A stretch of 32,822 nucleotides of DNA from Ignisphaera sp. (GTDB lineage: Archaea > Thermoproteota > Thermoprotei_A > Sulfolobales > Ignisphaeraceae). The translations under genes and the position numbers were made by a program. Each line of letters opens with the position of its first letter. Position 1 is the first letter of the stretch. The notes beneath the pieces are model-generated. The model saw only the letters and a list, made by a program, of their open reading frames with translations, did not search any database and was not told the DNA's origin. This document shows positions 27,165-32,822 of the stretch, one piece after another. Where the stretch lies: contig JAWAHS010000008.1 of the NCBI GenBank assembly GCA_038889075.1, positions 1 through 32,822 of the forward strand. Direction: 5' to 3'.

Positions 27165-27776
27165 CTAGGCATTGATGTATTTCTGCATCTTTATATGTAT
27201 TTTCCTTGCTATTGATCTATATATTTTACTTCTACTTGATCTATGTATGCTTTCTAGACAGAGCTCAATGTGCTTTACAAGCTCTGCTCTTTTTTTCTTT
27301 GATGTATATGGTATTTTTGTAAGCCATACAAGAGCTTCTATAATCGATGCTGAAGCCCTTGTAAATCCCCTTGGAATTCTTCTGAGGATCTTAACTGCCA
27401 AAGGCTTTGCATACATGAGAATACTGTTCCTCTCACTATCTGTAGATTCTATAGCGAATTCGATTATTGCATCACATACATCCTCTCTGTTTGTAAATAG
27501 CTTTATAGCTCTATCCTTTTCAAATATCGATAGATAGAACAGCCTGGCATCCTGTGTAATACAGATGCAGCCACTTCTGACCAGATTACCTACAATAGCT
27601 TCATATGTTCTACCACCTCTGTATACCTTTGACACTATATAGCCATCCCTAAGCTTAAACCCGAGGGGTACCACATTAACTATACTACTGTCATCGCCAT
27701 AGAGGAGAGCTACGGCCTCTAGATATGTAGTGCTCGAGAAGCCTATTCTTTTAAGCAACCTCACAGTGTTTTCCAT
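27165..27776 (-). CDS. DUF447-like protein (split-barrel fold), pterin-cluster associated
   Basis: YLEAV..NVVPLG..VYRGGRTYE and C-terminal FTRASASIIEALVWLTK resemble DUF447 'NRA..A.IEA.V..TR'; divergent from mptE. Confidence 0.7.
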   Translation of the reverse strand: MENTVRLLKRIGFSSTTYLEAVALLYGDDSSIVNVVPLGFKLRDGYIVSKVYRGGRTYEAIVGNLVRSGCICITQDARLFYLSIFEKDRAIKLFTNREDVCDAIIEFAIESTDSERNSILMYAKPLAVKILRRIPRGFTRASASIIEALVWLTKIPYTSKKKRAELVKHIELCLESIHRSSRSKIYRSIARKIHIKMQKYINA

Positions 27777-27880
27777 AGCTCTACAACCCAACAGCTAATT
27801 GACTCTATACCACACTACAGTTTATATAGCTATTGAGAATCTGCTTAAGTTAATCGAGTAGCTGTTTAAGGTCCTCTACA

Positions 27881-28627
27881 GTGTCGTGGCTTATAGATAG
27901 AAATTTATGGCTAGAGCTGTACAGCTCTATAAAGAGTATGCTAAACCTCTCCTTTGATCAAGACCAGATGGCTACCGATACACTAAGTAGCATACTCAGC
28001 GCATTGCCTAATGCTATAGATGTTCAACAGCTGAGAAATGCTATAAGTAGTCGCTGTGTGTTTATCTTGGGGCCAGCTCTAAATATAGAGCACGATTTTA
28101 GAAAGGCTATTGAATTAGGATTGACCGACCGACTTCCTACCATTGCCATCGATGGTACTGCGACATTCCTTTATGAAAAGGGTTTTATTCCAGATATCAT
28201 AGTCTCCGATCTCGATGGAGATCCAAACCATATAGTGTATCTAAATAAAAGGGGCTCTATAGCCATAGTTCATGGACATGGAGATAATATAGGTGAGATA
28301 AGGATGTGGGTTCCTAGATTCAGGGGATCTGTAATAGGTTCTACACAAGTTGAGCCAAAGCCGTATGTCTATAATTTTGGAGGGTTTACAGATGGCGATA
28401 GAGCTCTATTCATAGCATATGCACTTGGTGTTAGAAAGGCTATTATCGGTGGTATGGATTTTAGAGGTCCTATAGGTAGGTACTCCATAGTGTATAGGAG
28501 AAAGGATGAGGATATTAAGAGGGTAAAGCTATCCATAGCTATAAAACTTATAAGCATGCTAATCTCATGGGGTATGGAGATAGATGCTCTATCTGATCCA
28601 GGTATTCCAGGTGTTAAGGTGATATAG
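27881..28627 (+). CDS. mptE: 6-hydroxymethyl-7,8-dihydropterin pyrophosphokinase
   Basis: IVSDLDG, HGHGDN, GSTQ, NFGGFTDGDRA and GMDF motifs. Confidence 0.9.
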   Translation: MSWLIDRNLWLELYSSIKSMLNLSFDQDQMATDTLSSILSALPNAIDVQQLRNAISSRCVFILGPALNIEHDFRKAIELGLTDRLPTIAIDGTATFLYEKGFIPDIIVSDLDGDPNHIVYLNKRGSIAIVHGHGDNIGEIRMWVPRFRGSVIGSTQVEPKPYVYNFGGFTDGDRALFIAYALGVRKAIIGGMDFRGPIGRYSIVYRRKDEDIKRVKLSIAIKLISMLISWGMEIDALSDPGIPGVKVI

Positions 28628-28628
28628 T

Positions 28629-29045
28629 TTGAATGATCCAGCTAAAAAGTACTTCTCTCCAAAGATTTCAGATAGAGATCGGGCTATCTTTGAAGCTGGA
28701 ATAGCTCTCGGTATGGCAATCCACCAGTTTACAGGAATACCAATAAGATTTCGTGAAGAGGTAGAGCTTCTAAGGAAGGTTATCGAGTATGCCATAACAT
28801 CACAGCCATTTAAAAAGGAGGCTCATGTAAAAATAGACATCGATATCAACGGTACTGAGAGATCTAGAGACCCCTACAAATATACTACGCTAAAAAGCAG
28901 AAATATGGATATAACAATAGTAGTTGAGTATGGAAATGCTATTGTAAGAGCTAGACTAAAATACATACCTGAACTCGATTACAGTCTCGCATACATTGAA
29001 GATGTAGTTGAGAAATGCTCTACCACAGCCATTTCTACTGAGTAA
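28629..29045 (+). CDS. mptD: Archaeal dihydroneopterin aldolase
   Basis: SDRDRAIFEAGIALGMAIHQFTGIP, SQP, Y-x-x-L and ELDYSLAYI motifs; directly after mptE. Confidence 0.9.
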   Translation: MNDPAKKYFSPKISDRDRAIFEAGIALGMAIHQFTGIPIRFREEVELLRKVIEYAITSQPFKKEAHVKIDIDINGTERSRDPYKYTTLKSRNMDITIVVEYGNAIVRARLKYIPELDYSLAYIEDVVEKCSTTAISTE

Positions 29046-29130
29046 ACAGTTGAAATTAAGAGACGAAGCAATACCATCTATAGTATAGAATCCAGAGCCA
29101 ATACCAAAATGGTACAACCCATATAAATTC

Positions 29131-29172
29131 TAGGGCTACTACGCTGTACTTATAGGAAGTGGAGTAGCCCTA
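29131..29172. repeat. Perfect 10-bp inverted repeat between mptD and dmrX
   Basis: TAGGGCTACT (29131-29140) and AGTAGCCCTA (29163-29172), with a 22-nt spacer that can pair further (ACTT/AAGT). Confidence 0.6.
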
Positions 29173-29257
29173 TAGCAGTGATTCCAAACACATTGGGGAA
29201 AGCATCGTAAAGGTATAAAATAGTAGATGAGTAGCATTATCTAAAGGTGATCTACTT

Positions 29258-29992
29258 TTGATAAATATTGCTTGGTGTATAACTGGAGGAGGTTTGAATC
29301 TGAGAGCTGTAGCCTCTACTCTAGGGGTTATTAGAGAGAGATATCGAGTTAATGTAACGCTATTCCTAACTAAATGGGGGTTTGAGGTGTCTAGAATATT
29401 TGGTGTTCTAAATATTCTTAAGAGTATTGCATCTGGTGGCTACTATCAGGAGTTTCTCGTTGAAGAACAGGGTATGTACTACATTGGTAGACTCAATATG
29501 AAGAGGTACTCTATCCTCATTATAGCACCTGCAACGGCAAATTCTGTAGCAAAGATGGTGCTGGGAATAGCTGACAATATTGCATCCGCATTGTATTCCC
29601 AGGCAATTAAGAGTAGCATTCCGGTGGTTATTCTACCGACCGATATTCCAGGTAACGATGGTTTTATAGAGACTGAAACACCGTGCTATATAGATAGAGC
29701 TGTGTGTAGCCTTGATTCATGCGGTGGGTGTTTGGCTGTAGGGGTATGTCCAGTAAATGCTATCGTTACCGTAGATGGAGTTGTGAGGATAGATCTATCG
29801 AAGTGTATTGGATGTGAACACTGTATATATGTGTGTCCTAGGGGGGCGGTAAGGTGTTGGGAGAAGGTAAAGCTTATGCCAAGGGATGTGGATGTTCAGA
29901 ATATCGAGAAGCTGAGGAGGTCTCCATATACATATGTTGTTAGTAGTGTTTCGGAGCTCGAAGATACTGTGAAGAGGATTCTAAAACTATAA
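29258..29992 (+). CDS. dmrX: Dihydromethanopterin reductase (acceptor)-like iron-sulfur flavoprotein
   Basis: HFCD flavoprotein motifs IAWCITGGG and IIAPATANSVAKMVLGIAD, with an inserted 2x[4Fe-4S] domain (C..CGGC..CP, CIGCEHC..CP); pterin-cluster context. Confidence 0.8.
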   Translation: MINIAWCITGGGLNLRAVASTLGVIRERYRVNVTLFLTKWGFEVSRIFGVLNILKSIASGGYYQEFLVEEQGMYYIGRLNMKRYSILIIAPATANSVAKMVLGIADNIASALYSQAIKSSIPVVILPTDIPGNDGFIETETPCYIDRAVCSLDSCGGCLAVGVCPVNAIVTVDGVVRIDLSKCIGCEHCIYVCPRGAVRCWEKVKLMPRDVDVQNIEKLRRSPYTYVVSSVSELEDTVKRILKL

Positions 29993-29995
29993 CAT

Positions 29996-31162
29996 CTACT
30001 CTTTACATAGATTGGATCTGTGTACTGTTTCTATATACGCTCTTCTAACTCTTTCAACGAAATTCTGTGCCCTTGCATGGATAATGTAGTCAACAGATGT
30101 TCCACAGGCTCCCTCTATATCCATATGCTTAACCAAATCCCTGAAGTATCCACCAACAATACCCTCACCAATAGCTGCATATCCCTGTGCTGCCTCCTTA
30201 GCCTTTGTAACACCCTTTAACCCTCTAAGTGTTGTTACATTGAGATCCTTAAACAGCTCCCTAAGATGCTGTAAAACAGTAGAATTTCTACTGTGCCTAC
30301 CTGTTAGAACTATAGTATCTGCCTTTGGTGATGAGATTCGCATTCTAGCTATATCCTTGGCCACACCCTCTATAAATGCGCTAAACATTGATGTGTAAGG
30401 CTCTTCACCAGCTTCATAACCCTTAACTATGGTCTCTAGATCAAATGTTTTAGCGCCGTGGAATACACCTCCGTAGAAGACATCCCAACGACTCCACATA
30501 CCCACTCCTACGACAACTTCGAGATCTAGTGCTCCAGCTGTGAGAGTACCTATAGAGGCATAGCTACCCCCTATACCATCGACAACGAAACCCCTTTCAA
30601 CGGCTATAGATGCTGCGTATCCAAATCCAAGCTCCGTAACTACTATATTTATCTCTCTAAAGTCTTTGCCAAGCCTTTCACTCATTTCATACACTGCTAG
30701 AAATGCTGAAGCAAGCTTGTCAACGGTACCCATATCAACCTTATTAATCTTTCTATATCTAGGCACGGTACGTAGATGTATTACAGCAGGTAGAAATACC
30801 ACTCTCTCTCTGTAGTTTTTAACAAGGTGCGACACAGTCTTTACAATAGCATCGTAGACCCATATACCCACCTCACCAGCCTTAGCCCCTGCTCTAATGG
30901 CATCTCCTGTGCTAAGTAGTATAATTTCGGTAGAAAACCTCTCAGCATCTCTAATATTATCGCCAAAGGTGATGGGTACACCATAGCCGGAGGGAGCTAC
31001 AATGTACTCTGGCTCTAACCTATCTATAGCTTCAATAAGTATTTGAGGTTCCTTAGCTATTGAAAATGTATCGAGGCTCTGCTCAACCTTAACGGAACCA
31101 TCCTCTAATACAATAATATCAAAGGTCTTTGTACCAGGATCGATACCTACAACTCGCACCAT
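29996..31162 (-). CDS. DUF1464-like ASKHA-fold (acetate/butyrate kinase-like) protein
   Basis: VVGIDPGTKTFD phosphate-1 motif, APSGYG, KINKVDMGTVDK, ELGFGY, VDGIGG and KEAAQGYA motifs; start set at the ATG at 31162 after a GGGGTGG RBS. Confidence 0.8.
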   Translation of the reverse strand: MVRVVGIDPGTKTFDIIVLEDGSVKVEQSLDTFSIAKEPQILIEAIDRLEPEYIVAPSGYGVPITFGDNIRDAERFSTEIILLSTGDAIRAGAKAGEVGIWVYDAIVKTVSHLVKNYRERVVFLPAVIHLRTVPRYRKINKVDMGTVDKLASAFLAVYEMSERLGKDFREINIVVTELGFGYAASIAVERGFVVDGIGGSYASIGTLTAGALDLEVVVGVGMWSRWDVFYGGVFHGAKTFDLETIVKGYEAGEEPYTSMFSAFIEGVAKDIARMRISSPKADTIVLTGRHSRNSTVLQHLRELFKDLNVTTLRGLKGVTKAKEAAQGYAAIGEGIVGGYFRDLVKHMDIEGACGTSVDYIIHARAQNFVERVRRAYIETVHRSNLCKE

Positions 31163-31231
31163 ACCTACCACCCCTAAATCAATAGGATCCACAGGACCGT
31201 ACCACAGTCACTGGCGTAGCGATTAAAAACC

Positions 31232-31239
31232 TTTATAAA
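31232..31239. promoter_or_regulatory. Palindromic TATA box in the divergent DUF1464/mptA intergenic region
   Basis: TTTATAAA located between two divergent starts, each with an RBS. Confidence 0.55.
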
Positions 31240-31298
31240 TACATAAAGCATTTACCAATCTTAGAGCATATCGAGTTGTAGAGTAGGGTGATAGTAGT

Positions 31299-32186
31299 AT
31301 GAATTCCAGTGGTGTTCCACCGGATGTACAGTCCTCTAAACCGTTGTACAGCATTCCCATAGATCAAGTTGGTGTAAAGGGTGTTTACAGAAGGGTGTGC
31401 ATTGGTGGTTCTAGGGGAAGCACTTGTCTAGATACATATATAGACATCCTAGTTGATCTCCCCAAGGCTCAGCGAGGGATCCATGTGTCTAGAAATATAG
31501 AAGCAGCACTAGATGTGTTTAGCATTATTGAATACGCTAGCTTTACATCTCTTGAGGAAGCTATTGAGAGTCTATGTAGAGAGTTGCTCACTAGACATAG
31601 TTATGCTAGTTATGCCGAGGCAAAACTTTCGACAACTTTTCTATATGAGTATAGAGATAGCGATTTAGATTTAAAGGAGAACATACCTGTTAAACTATCC
31701 ATAAAATCCAGGGTTTCTAGAGGGGATAGTAGTGTCCATAGAAAACTGTGTATAGAGGTTATCGGTATGACCGTGTGCCCGTGCGCTCTCCAATTATGTA
31801 GCTATACACTTAATACAGTAGGCTATGCGCCTTCGCATACCCAAAGAGCAAAGCTAAAGATATGCATATCTACAGTGAATAGCTTCATAGATGTTGCAGA
31901 GCTTATAGAGATAGCTTTGAATTCCTTCTCCATACCAGTCTTCAGTTATCTTAAACGTGACAAGGAGTGTAAGATGATTCTAAAGGGATTTGGAAATGCA
32001 AAGTTTGCTGAAGATGTTGTTCGCACTGCTCTCTACGGTCTGTATGAGAGATTCGGTAGGAAATTAGCTCCAGATAGTATGGTGTACATTAGTATTAGGA
32101 GCTTTGAAAGCATACATCCATTCGATCTATTTGTTGCCACTAGGTACAGTATGGGAGAATTGGCTAATTATCTTTCAGCTGGCTAG
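31299..32186 (+). CDS. mptA: GTP cyclohydrolase MptA (FolE2 family)
   Basis: PDVQ, RGIHVSR, GMTVCPCA, SHTQRA, KFAEDVVR and ESIH motifs. Confidence 0.92.
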   Translation: MNSSGVPPDVQSSKPLYSIPIDQVGVKGVYRRVCIGGSRGSTCLDTYIDILVDLPKAQRGIHVSRNIEAALDVFSIIEYASFTSLEEAIESLCRELLTRHSYASYAEAKLSTTFLYEYRDSDLDLKENIPVKLSIKSRVSRGDSSVHRKLCIEVIGMTVCPCALQLCSYTLNTVGYAPSHTQRAKLKICISTVNSFIDVAELIEIALNSFSIPVFSYLKRDKECKMILKGFGNAKFAEDVVRTALYGLYERFGRKLAPDSMVYISIRSFESIHPFDLFVATRYSMGELANYLSAG

Positions 32187-32191
32187 AGACC

Positions 32192-32822
32192 ATGGCTATA
32201 TGCATCGAATCCTCAGCTAGGCTGCATCTAGGTTTCTATAACTTTTTTGAAGATGGTATTGCCTACGGAGGGCTTGGTGTAGCAATTGAGTATCCGAAGG
32301 TAAGGGTTAGGATAGATAGAGATGTGGGATTCAGGATTATAAATAGGGTTGGAAATCTATACATAGATGATGTTATTGATAGCATTAGAAAGCGTCTATC
32401 TATTAGCAATATTGTTATCGATATTGAAGAGGCGTTTCCACGACACATAGGTCTAGGAGGTACAACACAGCTAGCACTATCGATAGGCTATGGAATAGCG
32501 AAACTGCTTGGGCTAGGCTACAGTATTCGGGAACTAGCCGCAATACTTGGTAGGGGAAGGGATTCTGGTATAGGTATAGCCACATTTGAGTATGGTGGTT
32601 TTGTAGTTGATAGCGGTAGAAGGGTTAGAGGTAGTGTTGAGCCTCCGAGAACTGCCGATGACATCCCCCATATAATATTTAGAAGTCCTCTACCAGACAA
32701 CTGGTACTTCATCATAGTAATTCCACACGGTATTAAGGGATTGGATGAGATTAGGGAGAGATCAGCCATGGACTACCCCCGGTCTCTACCAAAGGAGCTT
32801 CAGTACGAGCTCTATAAGCTCG
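32192..32822 (+). CDS. mptG: Beta-ribofuranosylaminobenzene 5'-phosphate (beta-RFAP) synthase, GHMP family; 3'-truncated by the window edge
   Basis: Absent from the ORF track because there is no stop in the window. My translation: MAICIESSARLHLGF..YGGLGVAI..PRHIGLGGTTQLAL..GRGRDSGIGIATFEYGGFVVDSG. Confidence 0.88.
   Translation, partial: MAICIESSARLHLGFYNFFEDGIAYGGLGVAIEYPKVRVRIDRDVGFRIINRVGNLYIDDVIDSIRKRLSISNIVIDIEEAFPRHIGLGGTTQLALSIGYGIAKLLGLGYSIRELAAILGRGRDSGIGIATFEYGGFVVDSGRRVRGSVEPPRTADDIPHIIFRSPLPDNWYFIIVIPHGIKGLDEIRERSAMDYPRSLPKELQYELYKL

Noticed and set aside
1-32822. Many antisense ORFs in the track (for example 10026-10616, 3469-3963, 5028-5429, 32518-32769), and a search for CRISPR arrays, tRNA and rRNA
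   Set aside because: The antisense ORFs are shadows of well-supported genes on the opposite strand. I saw no regularly spaced repeats or tRNA/rRNA signatures.

Overview
Archaeal chromosomal window. TATA-type promoters, GGTGA/GAGGTG ribosome-binding sites and ATA/AGA/CTA-rich codons suggest a thermophilic crenarchaeote, possibly Ignisphaera-like Desulfurococcales (inference, not proven). It carries about 31 intact-looking genes in five blocks. (1) Housekeeping and accessory enzymes: flavodoxin, alpha/beta hydrolase, HD protein, aldo/keto reductase, a Cys-rich radical SAM enzyme and a nucleotidyltransferase pair. (2) A lipoate module (LipS1, LipS2, fused lipoate ligase, stand-alone GcvH/LbpA-type carrier), flanked by a LutB-like LUD/Fe-S protein plus a CCG-domain protein on one side and a trans-sulfuration enzyme plus an OFA-type MFS transporter on the other. 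(3) Two UroD/MtaA-superfamily proteins, a solo molybdopterin oxidoreductase, a tautomerase and a toxin-antitoxin hotspot (HEPN-MNT with decayed tnpB-like and vapC-like remnants). (4) A complete pstSCAB-phoU operon. (5) A methanopterin-type pterin biosynthesis cluster (mptE, mptD, dmrX, mptA, beta-RFAP synthase running off the right edge) with two uncharacterised families (DUF447-like, DUF1464-like) embedded in it. The best leads are the lipoyl-carrier + LutB/CCG neighbourhood, a GC-rich structured RNA candidate with its own TATA box at about 3167-3280, and the DUF genes inside the pterin cluster. I recognised no rRNA, tRNA or CRISPR array. All family calls come from motif recognition; no database search was run.
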